51,122 bases of DNA from Cyanophora paradoxa CCMP329 (Eukaryota; Plantae; Glaucophyta), in NCBI GenBank assembly GCA_004431415.1, contig QPMI01000433.1:1-51122 (forward strand), in the 5' to 3' direction. Below the pieces are notes generated by a model. That model was not told the origin of the DNA. It saw only the letters and a list, made by a program, of their open reading frames with translations, and did no database searches. Of this stretch, positions 35,426 to 46,071 are shown one piece after another (positions within the stretch are counted from its first letter, which is position 1; every line of letters starts with the position of its first letter). The translations under genes were made by a program, and so were the position numbers.

Positions 35426-38400
35426 CTATTTCCCCTCCGCTAGATCGTCTGCTAGAACCTCTGCTAGGGCCCTATCATCGAAATCGAGCATGTTGGCGCC
35501 CTCATCCTCCGCCTCCATCTCCTCCTCCGCCTCCTCCTCTGCCTCGGCGTCGTACTCGGCGGTCTCCTCCTCCTCCTCCTCCTCGTCCCCGCTCTCCTCG
35601 GGCACCTCGTCCTCCGGCACCGGATCCCCTCCTGCAGCTCAATATCCTCGTCGATCTCCTCCTCGTCCGCAGGCAGGGGCACCGCTGCCACCTCCTCGCC
35701 CCCGGCGGCGCCGCCGCCGCCCCTTCGCCCTGCATAGCCGCTGACCGGTGGGACGGCCGCAGGTCGGGGGATGAAGGGCCCATCTGGCCAGGCCTTGGCG
35801 GCGACGGGCGCGTCGTACTCGGCGTGGGCAGCGTCCTTCCCGCCGGCGCTCGCCTCCGTCATGTTCCGCATCCACAGCGCCAGGCGCCGCCGCTGGTGCG
35901 TCATGATCTGCTTGAGCATGTCGAGGTCCTTGTTCCACCCGCCACCGAGAGACGTGACGGTGTGTCGCAGGCGCCGAAGGAGCCCATGTAGGACTCGATG
36001 ACCTCGCAGCTCCAACGGCCGGGCGCGTTCGTGTTGTCGACGCGCGCCCAGAACGCGAGGTGCGCAAGCGTCGAGTGCATGTAGCGTGTGAAGATCTTCC
36101 ATAACGGGAAGTGTGTCTCCATCAGGCCCTGGAGCTCGGCGACGGCCTCGATAACTTGCTGCCGCGCCTCCTCGTCGGGCTTCATGTTCCGCTCGTACTG
36201 GTAGATGATCTGGCGGAGCTGCCAAATCTCGTGCATGCCCTCGTCTTCTCGCTCCAGCTCTCCTTACTGTCGCCGAAGCAGATGCTGAAGAGGGTGTCGG
36301 GCGCCTCGGGGTCCTCCAGGATCTTCTTGGCGGTGTTGGCGGAGATCTTCTGGAAGAACTTGTAGGTGGCCCCGTTCTCGGTCTTCTCGAACTTGATGTT
36401 CCGCGCGTATTTATCGCGAAGATGACGCTGCAGGTCTTCGATGCGCTTCTGCTGGTCCTCGAGGCACCACAGGCGAGGGCGAGGAAGAAGTAGACGAAGA
36501 ACCCGGCCACCCAGCTCTTGATGCCGTGCAGGGCGTCGTCGAGCCGGACCTGAGGTGCGCGTTGGCGTCCGCTGAGGCGAGGTGTCGCGGGCTTCTCACC
36601 TCGACGGCAGCGACGGGCAGCATGCTGTTCGGGAGCGGCTGCAGGAGGGCGTTGGCGTCGTGCTCGGGGTGCGGATTCTCTGTTCGCTGGCTGGAGGGAG
36701 GCCGTCCCGATCCCGCGGCCCTGCTGCGCGCACGACTTCGACCGCCGAGCACTCGGACCTGCAGTAACGTGAGCCCCATGCCGAATCTCAGCGCGTGTGA
36801 CTCGGCGAACTGACCCGCGTCGGTGGACAGAATCGCAGTGCGGGCACAGGTCGAAGCCGAGGAGGACGCGGAGGAACTTGTAGTCGCCCGTCACCAAGAA
36901 TTCGACCTCGACGGGCTTGTCGTGCTCGTACCCGGGATCAGGGTGAGCGGGTTCTCGTTCAGGTACTCGACCATGTCGGCGAGGGCTTGATGCGTGGCGC
37001 AGGTTCTCCTCGCTGTCGCTACCGCCGAAGAGCATTAGGGGCAGGAGGGCGTAGCAGCTCTGAACGCCCTTCAGCGGGTGGTACGCCTGCGTCCCGTCCT
37101 CCTCGATGACGTAGTAGCCGTCGACGATTGCCACGATGCAGGTCATGCCGTCGGTCGTGGAGACGCTCTTCCCGCGGAACGCGATCGTCCCGTCGCCCGC
37201 CAGGCGGACTCGAGGTCTGATCTTCTTCCCCTGTGCTTGTGCAGCGGGACGAAAGCGCTGATGAGGGCCGACAGGGCGGGCGTCGGCGTGACAGCTCTGC
37301 GGGGCGGCGGCGCTGCCGCCTCTCCGCCCGCCGCCGGCGCTGCCGCCTCTCCGCCCGCCGCCGGCGCTGCGCTCGACGGAGGCACAAAGAGCTCGAGCAT
37401 GACGCCCGGCTTGCCCTTGTTCTCCTCGTCGCCGACGCCCGCCGCTGTTTCGACGATCTGCACGATCTGCACCGCTCGGTGAGCCTCGTCCCTCACCCCG
37501 CCCCGCGCGCGCGCGCCGCGCCTTCTCGAGGTCATCGTTGACCTTGCCCGTAGCTTCGTGATGCAGTGCTTCGACGGGAGGAAGGCTCGCAGCCCCACGA
37601 AGTGCTTCTTCAGGGCCTTCTTGAGGAGCTTCGTGAACTCAAAGTACGTCGCCTGCCCCGGGTCGGTTTAGAACGGGATGGGGGTTAAAACATTCGAGAA
37701 AGGGCGCACGTCCGAGATGCAGTGGCGGTCCTTCCACTCTAGAATCTCGCAGTCGGGAAGGTGTCCCGCAGCTTCCTGCAGGCGATGCTCATCGCCTTCT
37801 TCACTTGCAGCTGACCCGATTTGCTCGTTTCCAGGGCTCGTTGGGCCTGCGGACGGTGGTTCAGAAAGGTGCTCTTCTCCAACGATTTTGTAGCCTATTA
37901 AAGTACGATTCTCGGTAGCTCTTTTTATGTATAATAACGCGCACTGCGTGTGGCCCGATGATGCTCACGAGGCGGCGTGCCTCCGCCTCCAGCGCCTCCC
38001 TCCTCTTCTGATAGGCGCCCTCCTCCTCTCCTTTGTTCCTGGGGCGCCCTGGATAAGCATGCATATGCCTGCGCGCGCGCCGCCCCGCCTTGTACCTCGC
38101 GAAGTTCTTTTTAAACATGGGGAGGCGGATCTGGATGTCCGGACTCGCAGCGTTTAGAATCGTCGAGAGCAGCATGCGGAGGAACCGCGTGCGCCGCTGC
38201 CTGGACGTATCCGAGCATCCCTTCCCAGGGACCTGCCTAGCTATGCGCGAGATGGTCGCTGCACGCTGTGCCGAAGTCCGCGGGACCTTGGCGCGCTTCG
38301 ACTGGTGCTCCTCCCTAAGCTTCTTGTTCTCCGCCTCAAGCACTGCGATGCGCTCGTCGCGCGCTTTGAGCGTCGCCTTGCGGACGATCCGCTCCTCAGG

Positions 38401-38440
38401 CGGCACATCTTCCTTGCCGCGAGCGCGTTTCGGGGCGGTG
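35426..38440 (-). CDS. RAG1/Transib-like DDE transposase (spliced; frameshifts may be assembly errors)
   Basis: Ordered motifs: CSDTSRQRRTRFL; ILEWKDRHCISD-ATYFEF..LPSKHCITKLR; RVRLAGDG (D at 37192-37194); CYALLPLMLFGGSDSEENL; FLVTGDYKFLRVLLG (D at 36883-36885); CPHC; DDALHG; ISANTAKKIL; TRYMHSTLAH; GRWSCEVIES (E at 35994-35996); acidic tail. Confidence 0.8.
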
Positions 38441-38544
38441 CCGGGGCCGGGGCCGGCCGCGGCGCCGGGCTCGGCGCCTCATTAAGAACTGCATTCGTCT
38501 GCTCGCGGCCGGGCAGAGAGCATACACTCGTAAGCGCGGGCAAG

Positions 38545-39063
38545 TCAAGTCATGACATCGAATTTGAATGAGCGGCATACCACGTCGGCGCCGAACGCGC
38601 GACGACCGCGCTGCTGCTGCTGCTCTGGGCTAATCTGAGGCGATTGCGGGCTCGCTGGAGCCGATGGCGACCCGGGTGGCGAAGCTGGAGGGCTCTGCAG
38701 GATGCACTGGAGGAACACAGCCACTGCGGTGGCCTCTTGAAGCGCCGCCGTGCAAGCTAAGCTATGCGGATACAATGGAGACGCAATGCCGCGCGCCTCC
38801 AGTTCCAGGTGGGCGTTTCGGCTGTGGGTGAGCACTGCGATGATCCGCATAAGCGCCTGGTACGCGACCGACGCGTCCGCCATCTCTAAAACGACTGCTG
38901 CGGGCGCTGGAAACGTTTGGGGCGCGGGCTGGGCCGCGGGACGGGGCGCGATGGGTCGCTGCATCGCGCGGGCGGGTTCAAAACTCGGAAAAAAAGATCG
39001 CGTGTACCTCCCCTGCCATCTGCGGAAGCGGCAGCTCCGAGCGCCGCGAGCAAGCATACACAT
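38545..39063 (-). CDS. Hypothetical orphan ORF
   Basis: 172-aa ORF with plausible helical core and Pro/Ser/Gln tail; no motif recognised. Confidence 0.3.
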   Translation of the reverse strand: MCMLARGARSCRFRRWQGRYTRSFFPSFEPARAMQRPIAPRPAAQPAPQTFPAPAAVVLEMADASVAYQALMRIIAVLTHSRNAHLELEARGIASPLYPHSLACTAALQEATAVAVFLQCILQSPPASPPGSPSAPASPQSPQISPEQQQQRGRRAFGADVVCRSFKFDVMT

Positions 39064-39366
39064 CCGCGACAGTTAGGCGCCGAAGAGCAGCAGGCGAGCC
39101 CAGCATGCGCGATAATGCGCAATTGCGATGCATAGCTACCTTAGGCGAAGCGGCTGGTCCACCCGCGCGGTCCTTGCCGGCCGCGATGCTCGCTCGTCGA
39201 TATGGGTATGACGCGCTAAGCAAGGGGAGCATGCCCAGACTGGGTACGCAAACTGCTGAACGTCCAACTCCAGCTGAACGCCCTGCAGCTGGTGGGCCTG
39301 AAGCAGCCTCAAGCGTTAGCTATGTCGCATCGACAGTGTAGCTATGTTAGCTGTGGAGCGAAGCAT

Positions 39367-40098
39367 ATGCCCGCTGACTACGTGTCCGAGGAGGAGGACC
39401 AGGAGGAGACCATCAACGCGCCGTGCAATCGCCCAATGACTTCGTCTGTCATCGAGATCAACAGCAGCGACTCGGAGAGCGATGGACCAGCGGCAGCGCG
39501 CCGAGCGCAGGGCGCGCATGAAGGCGGACGAGGAGCGCGCGCTCGAGGAGGAGGATGAGATCAGGCGGCGCCACCAGGCAGCTTTGGAGGTCAACCTCGC
39601 AATAGAGCGCGACTCGGTGAGGCCATACAAGCTGGCCGAGCTCAAGCAGTTGCTGGAGTACGCGCGCGCGTGGATGCGCGAGCACGAGCAGCTGTACGAG
39701 CAGTTCGAGGTCGCGCTGGCGCACAACAACCTCCTCGAGGCCATTAACCTGCGGTCGGAGATCCGCAAGCACCGCAGCACGGCGCGCTTCTGCGGGCAGG
39801 ACCCCCTCGGCTCTACGAGGAGGCGGCCTTCAAGCCTCTCTATGACAACGTGACGGCCTTGCAGCGGCGGGCGGGGCAGATGGAGCATTTCGGCGACAAT
39901 CTCTTCAAGTGCGCGGAGCACTTCCAGCGGGTGCGCATCCGGCAGCAGCAGGCGGCGGCGGCGGCGGCGGCGGAGGCGGCGGAGGCGGCGGCGGAGGCGG
40001 ACGGGGCTGCTGCTGCTGCTCGGTGCAAGCGCCGCCGCCTGCGTCGCGGCGACGGCGTGCTCGTCTCGCGGCCGGACGATGCCGACGACGAAGCGTAG
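39367..40098 (+). CDS. Apparently intronless charged/coiled-coil hypothetical protein (two frameshifts)
   Basis: MPADYVSEEEDQEE.., ..ERRARMKADEERALEEEDEIRRRHQAALE..LKQLLEYARAWMREHEQLYEQFEVALAH..; strong GC3 bias. Confidence 0.45.
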
Positions 40099-40107
40099 CG
40101 CCGTTAG

Positions 40108-40365
40108 CCGCCCCCGCCCCGCCGTTAGCCGCCCCCGCCCGCCGGCCCCGCCCCCGCCCGCCGGCCCCGCCCCGCCCCGCCGGCCCCCGCCCCGCCCCGC
40201 CCCGCCCGCCCCCGCCCGCCCCGCCCCGCCCCGCCCCGCCCGCCCCGCCCGCCCCGCCCCGCCCCGCCCCGCCCCGCCGCCCGCCCCGCCCCGCCCCGCC
40301 CCGCCCCGCCCCGCCCCGCCCCGCCGGCCCCGCCCCCGCCCGCCGGCCCCCGCCCCGCCCCGCCG
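40108..40365. repeat. (CCCCG)n microsatellite
   Basis: Direct reading. Confidence 0.9.
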
Positions 40366-41909
40366 GTCGCCGCCCTGCCGGCGACGGCGTCCTCGTCTCG
40401 CGGCCGGACGATGTCTGCAGCTAGAGTCACCAGCTGCAGTCTGCACCTGGCTTGAATACGACAGATTTACTAGTTATTCTGCTATCGTGCGCGCACCGTG
40501 GCACCGTGGCACCGTGGCACTCAGTGACTACCGAGAGTGGCGGGCGGGCTGGCGGGGCGGGCTGACAGGGCGGGGCGCCTGGCGGGACAGTCGGGGCCTC
40601 CGGGACACTCTGGCAGTCCGGGGGCCTCGGGAGCCTATTTTCGCGCCATACAAGGCCTCCCCCGACCCTGCAGCTGCATAGGAGGCCTTATATAGTGCTT
40701 TAAAAAGGTTCTCTAAGCTTTTTTCGATGTCTCCCAGCTCCTGGGGCGATGGGCCCAATTTGGAAGGGCCAAAAGTCAGCAGAAGACTAGCTGTAACGTA
40801 GTGTATAGGCGTATGATGAGTCATATGGTATGACGGGTTAAATGGGCCCATCGCGGGGGCTTTGTGCAGGGCACTAAATAACGCCGTGTGACGCCTCTAC
40901 ATCTTGAATAAAAAGTTCTAATCAAGATACGAGGCTGCCGTGCTTCAATCGCAAGCCTCGGAGTGCAGATTCCCTGGCAGATCAAAAATTGCGAACGCGA
41001 TACCGGGGGTCGCCGCGCGCTCGCAGCCTTGCGAAACCTTGAGAGCGGATAAGATTGCCGCCGACAGCGAGCCCAGCTCCCCGCTCGCAGTGCAGCCGCG
41101 CGCTTAAGGCGCCGGCCAGCCACTTGGCCCCGGCTGCAGCTGCTCCGGCACGGGCGGCCTCAGCCAGCCGGCACCATGCTATCGCAGCTTCAGCCATGAG
41201 CCTCGGAGAGGGCGGAAGTCTCCGAGGCTCGGTCCGCGATCCAGGGCAGGCGTGCGTATGTTCCAAGTTCGCGGGCGAGGGCGTGCGCCTCGCCGAATCG
41301 TTGTCGCGGCGTGCGCCTCGCCAGGTGTACTACAGTGCCACAGTGCCACGTTGTCGAAAGCGCGAGCCGCTCAGTCAGCCGAGTTTCCTCCGCTGGCCAA
41401 CCGGGTACGCATACGCCCGGCCCGGCCCGGCATGCCACGAGAGCGCCCGCGGCGCTTCACGCGGTCTTCCTTCATCTCCGTGACCCGCTTCTGCGAGACG
41501 AGGTCGGTGGGGGCAGCGGCTGCTTGCCGCAGTGCATGGATTGCCAGCCCCAGGTGCGAGGCCTTGACTCATCCCGAGCTTCCCGAGCAGATTACCAGGC
41601 GCGCCGGCGTAGCTCAGCGCCGATTGGGTCTGGCACGGTCCGCCTTTGCGGCCGACCCCGGTTCCGTGCCCAAGCCGTTCCGACCTTCCCGAGCAGATTA
41701 CCAGGCGCGCCGGGCGCACCTAGCTCAGCGTCGCCGAGCTTATAGGCTAGGCTTGCTCGGAGGCTCCGGATGCACGCACAGTTAGCCAACCCAGCCGCGC
41801 CCGCGTCCCCGCCCGGCTGTCGTGTGGGCGACGCATGCGCAAAAGGAACACAAATTTTTCTCATCCGATGAGAGCTCTAGCTATGCAGGACGAAGCGAGC
41901 GGGCCGGGG

Positions 41910-43661
41910 CTAGCGCCCGATGGCGGGCGCCTCGAAAGGCGACGTCTCCGGCGGCACAGCAGCGTGTAGCTGCTGGACCGCGGCGACCCACCCTGCGACC
42001 CTAGGCCCCGGGTTCCGCATGAGCACGTCCCTCATGTAGAGATACTCGATAACGGCCTCCAGCTCCTCCACCTCCTTTATGTACATGCGCTCCTCCTTCC
42101 GCCACACCTTCGCCTCACGCTCCAACTCCAAGTCCCAATTCCTCTTCATCCTTGAGACCTGCGCCGCGCCGCGTTACGCGCCAGCGGGCGCACGCACGCG
42201 TGTGGGCAATCGCGGACCTTGTTTTCCAAGTCATCCACCTTCGTCTGCAGCGCAGCGTTCTGGTTCTGCAGCTCCTCGCACTCCTCTTCGAGGTTTTTGA
42301 CCCGAGTCGCTCTCTGCGGGCGCCGGAGGGACCGCCGTCAGCAGCGCATTGCGGGCGCCGGCGGCGCGGGCGGCGCGGCGGCCGGCGGGCTCACCAGACT
42401 GGCGTTGAGCTGCATCATCTCCTTCTCCAGCTGAGCGATCTTCTCCTCCCGTTGAGCGATCTGCCGCTGCTTCTCCCTGTTGGCCCACCGCAGATCAGGG
42501 AGCTCCCGCTCCAGGGAGCTGCACTTCTGTTGGAGCTCCTCACGCTGCGCCGGTGCACGGAGGAACACGTCGACTTTCGCCTTCAGTTGATTGGCGAGCT
42601 CCGCGCCAGTTAGACCCTTGTCTAGGACATCCTGCGGCCCGAATCAGCGAGGCAAGCTGCGGGCGAAGCGCACGGCGGCGTGAAACGGCGCGCGCACACG
42701 CTGCTGAAGGTACTCGATCGCTTCAAGGAGCTTGGACGCCATGCGAACCGCATCGGAAACCCGCTTGCAGCCGGTGAGCCTCCGATAGAGTGCGGCGTCC
42801 TCCTCCTCGATGCGAAAGCGGTGCCGCCCGGGCTTGTCCCAGGGGTGAATCGATCTTCCTCCTCGCCCGTCATCTCGACATCGCACTTGCGCCGCTTGCA
42901 CTGCTGCTTGGTGGACGTGGCGGGCTTCTTCGGGGCTGGCTTCTTCGCGGCTGAGCTGGCAGGCGACGGCGCGACAGAGGGATCGTCCATATACCGCTCC
43001 ATGGCAACGAAGGGATCCTCATATTGCTCGCTCGGTGCCGCCGCGGGCGAAGGCTGGGAGGTCGCCGCCGCTGCCCGCTTGCGACTCACGCGCTTAGGCA
43101 TGTCCACGGGGTCGCTGGCGAGGCCGCTGCCGCCGGCGGCTGCGTGCGTGGAGGCGTGGCCGGCTGATCATGCGAAGGCTGCGATTGCGAGGGCGCAGCT
43201 ACTACCCGCTTGCGACGCGGGCGATCAGGCGTGTACACGGGGGTCGCTGATGAGGCAGCTGCGACAGGCGGCGTACACGGCTGTACAGGCGTACCCCCCC
43301 CCAAAGGCGTCCCTGGCGTCTCACAGCAGCCGCTGCCGGGGCTCTGCTCGAGCTCTGAGCGTACTGGCGAGACTTGTGGGGAGTCGCTCCCGCCCGCCGG
43401 CTCCGCCGCGGGAGGCGCCAGCGCGACCGCGGCCGTCGCATGCGCAGCTGGCGCTGCATGCGCAGGCTGAACGACTTGCTCGCTCAAAGCTGCGTCGCCA
43501 AAGTCGTCTGGATTCACGTCCTCGCCGAGGTCGTCCTGGCTGCCGCAGGTGCTGCCGCCAATCTGGCCGTGCCGCGGCCTGCCATCGCTGGCGCCGCCCA
43601 GCCACGCTCTAATGGAACCGAACGCTGAGCCGACCTTGGCAGACAGCACAGAGAGCGGCAT
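41910..43661 (-). CDS. Run of minus-strand hypothetical coding segments (coiled-coil and low-complexity)
   Basis: ORFs 43086-43661, 42622-43107, 42338-42568 (ELQQKCSSLERELPDL..IAQLEKEMMQL) and 41910-42149 may be one spliced or frameshifted gene. Confidence 0.35.
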
Positions 43662-43869
43662 CTCGATCGCCGAACGCTAAGCTATAAGCGCTTTTGCTTT
43701 TCCCGCGCAAGTCCGTGGCTGGCCGCAATCTAGCTGCAGCTGGCCGTGGCTTGGAAGGGGGGGGAGATGGCTTGGGGGGATATAGAATTTGGTCTAGCCA
43801 GCTCGAACTCGAACTCAGCCGGCTGATAGCCGCCGTGACACGGCCGTGTTCAAAATTCAAATTCCATCC

Positions 43870-44365
43870 ATTGTTAAAGCTCGCGAACTAGCGGGATGTC
43901 CAAAAGGTCGCGCCGTTTTCGGCCCGTCGAGGTCCGTCCGGGGCCGTCTGCGACATGCGAAACAGCTCCTTACGCGCGGAACAATAGCATAAGCATTTGA
44001 GATGTAGGCAAAGACTTCCGCACGCTTTGCGTATGCGCCGGGCCGCGAGGACCCAGCCGACCCCGAAAATTCGATCCTGTACGTATACGGACCTGCACAG
44101 CTTTCCGCGCGCCCTCGCATCCTCGCGCGTGCGCATCGCTACAATAGTAATTTGAGATCTTTGTTAAGCTTTTCGCGAGCTCCGAGGACGCGACAGGGCG
44201 CGAGAATCCAGCCGACCCCGAAAATTCGATCCTGCATGGACCTGCACGTCTTTCCGCGCGCCCTCGCCTCCGCAGCCCCGCACATCGGTGCTATATGCGT
44301 TCGAGATTCTGTTTAAGCGATTTGCAAGCTCTGTGCATGCGCCTGGCCGCGAGAACCTCGCCCCT
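43870..44365. repeat. Degenerate ~150-bp tandem repeat (about 3 units)
   Basis: ccagccgaccccgaaaattcgatcctg at ~44053 and ~44208; ctttccgcgcgccctcgc twice; ttgagat..ttaagc motifs recur. Confidence 0.7.
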
Positions 44366-46071
44366 CCCGGGCCTCCTTCCCAACAATATTATATAATTAA
44401 TCTCTTCTCAATCTGCTCCACCCTTTAGTTCCTCAGTAAATTAATATTCCTCTAGCCGGCCAGCGCTAGCTGGACTGGCCGTCAGCCAGCCAGCTTCCAG
44501 CCAGCTGCAGAAAGCTGTTCGCGATCGGCCAGGCCGCTGGCCAGTCGCTGAGTGCCCTATATATATAGGCCTACTGTAACAGCGGCGAGGGCGTCCGCGA
44601 GGCTTCGCCGTACTTAGTGCTCCGCAGGAGCACGGATCTTGTTGATTTAATCGATATTATATTCATGTACTTTCTCGATTAAATTTAATTAAATTTAATT
44701 CATTTAATCGGAAACATATCGCTAAACTCGATTAAGATCCATAAAAGATTCATTTGTTAAATAAAACAAATCGATCTCTTATTGAATTCAATCGTAATTA
44801 TACATGAAATTGATATGTTATTATCATTGTTTTGTTGAGTCTAAGGGGGGACCCTTAGAAATGTTATGTATAATCTTTCAGGCAGCATTTATTTGTCAGG
44901 CATTTAATCTATCGATTTTCATAAAGTATTTTATTTTGGCTAAGTCATTGTTTGGATTAACAATGAAATTTCAATTTTATAAAAGTTTTCTAAAAAGGTG
45001 CCTGACAATGCCTGACATACTATATTAGTGCCTGACAACTATATTATAGTGCCTGACAAACCATATATGGTAATACTATATGTTATAACCTACTTTCTCA
45101 GTGTTAGTTGGTGTAGTTGATTCAAAAAATGCATTTTATACTCTGATTCATTGTTATTTCCTGTGAAATTTGAGTCAACTCAACCCACTTAGTCAACCCT
45201 TGCATTGAATTCGTAACAAAATCCATATACTATTACTACTTTTACGATTAATATGAGTCAACCTTGAGTCCACTTTAATATAAATATTATATAATAGGGG
45301 GAATCAAGGGGAGATGCTTAGAAACATATGAATTATTGAACCTATGATACTTATATCGTCACGCAGGCCTCGTTAAGAGGATTTCGAATCTGTTTTTGGT
45401 TTTGTCAGATGATGAGTTGGTGAAGAGATACATTCGTTTTAGTGTTTTGTATGTGGTTTAATGATATGATGTCATAATGCATGGGTTTTCGTCAACAGTT
45501 AAATGAACAGTTAAGTGGACACCGTTTCACGATAAACGAGTAGACACTGCCTACTCCCAACAGGTGTCCACTTAACTGTTCACTTAATTGTTCGCAATTT
45601 GCTTCATTGTCTTTCAATAGCTTTCCCGCATATCTTGTTTTCAATTGTTGTTGCAGTACACTATTACAATAGTTGTCTCGTTAACTGTTCACTTATCTGT
45701 TCGCTGCGGAAAAAAGACGATGACGGACGTGTTATGTTACGAAATGATGTCATAATGACGATGCATATGTATATGATATATATGACACACCATCGAACTC
45801 GGGAGATCATGACGATCACGGCGATATATATATGTTATGTGTTTATGATACATCATTATTACATCATTATGATGCATCATTCCGAAATCTCGAAAAATCG
45901 ATAATCGGCATCTTCAAACGCTTGTATCTCATCACCAGATCATCAAAACGCAACGTTCTGCATATCGCTGTGAAGCGCTTGAAAAGATCTACAAGACAAT
46001 GTGTATATCATATGCATATATGTATATCAGTCATACATATATTTGGAAAAAACGAGTTTTCGCCTAGCAAA

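Noticed and set aside
41603-41680. tRNA-like start GCCGGCGTAGCTCAG with downstream GGTTC
   Set aside because: No proper D-loop GG, T-loop consensus or matching acceptor stem; not a tRNA.
40514-44559. ggcactcag(t/c)gact inverted match as TIRs of a 4-kb element
   Set aside because: Only 13/14 bp with no TSD, and the related end at 5889 lacks half of the matched bases.
44996-45060. Spaced TGCCTGACA repeats as a CRISPR-like array
   Set aside because: Repeats are only 9-10 bp with very short, similar spacers; no cas genes; eukaryotic context.
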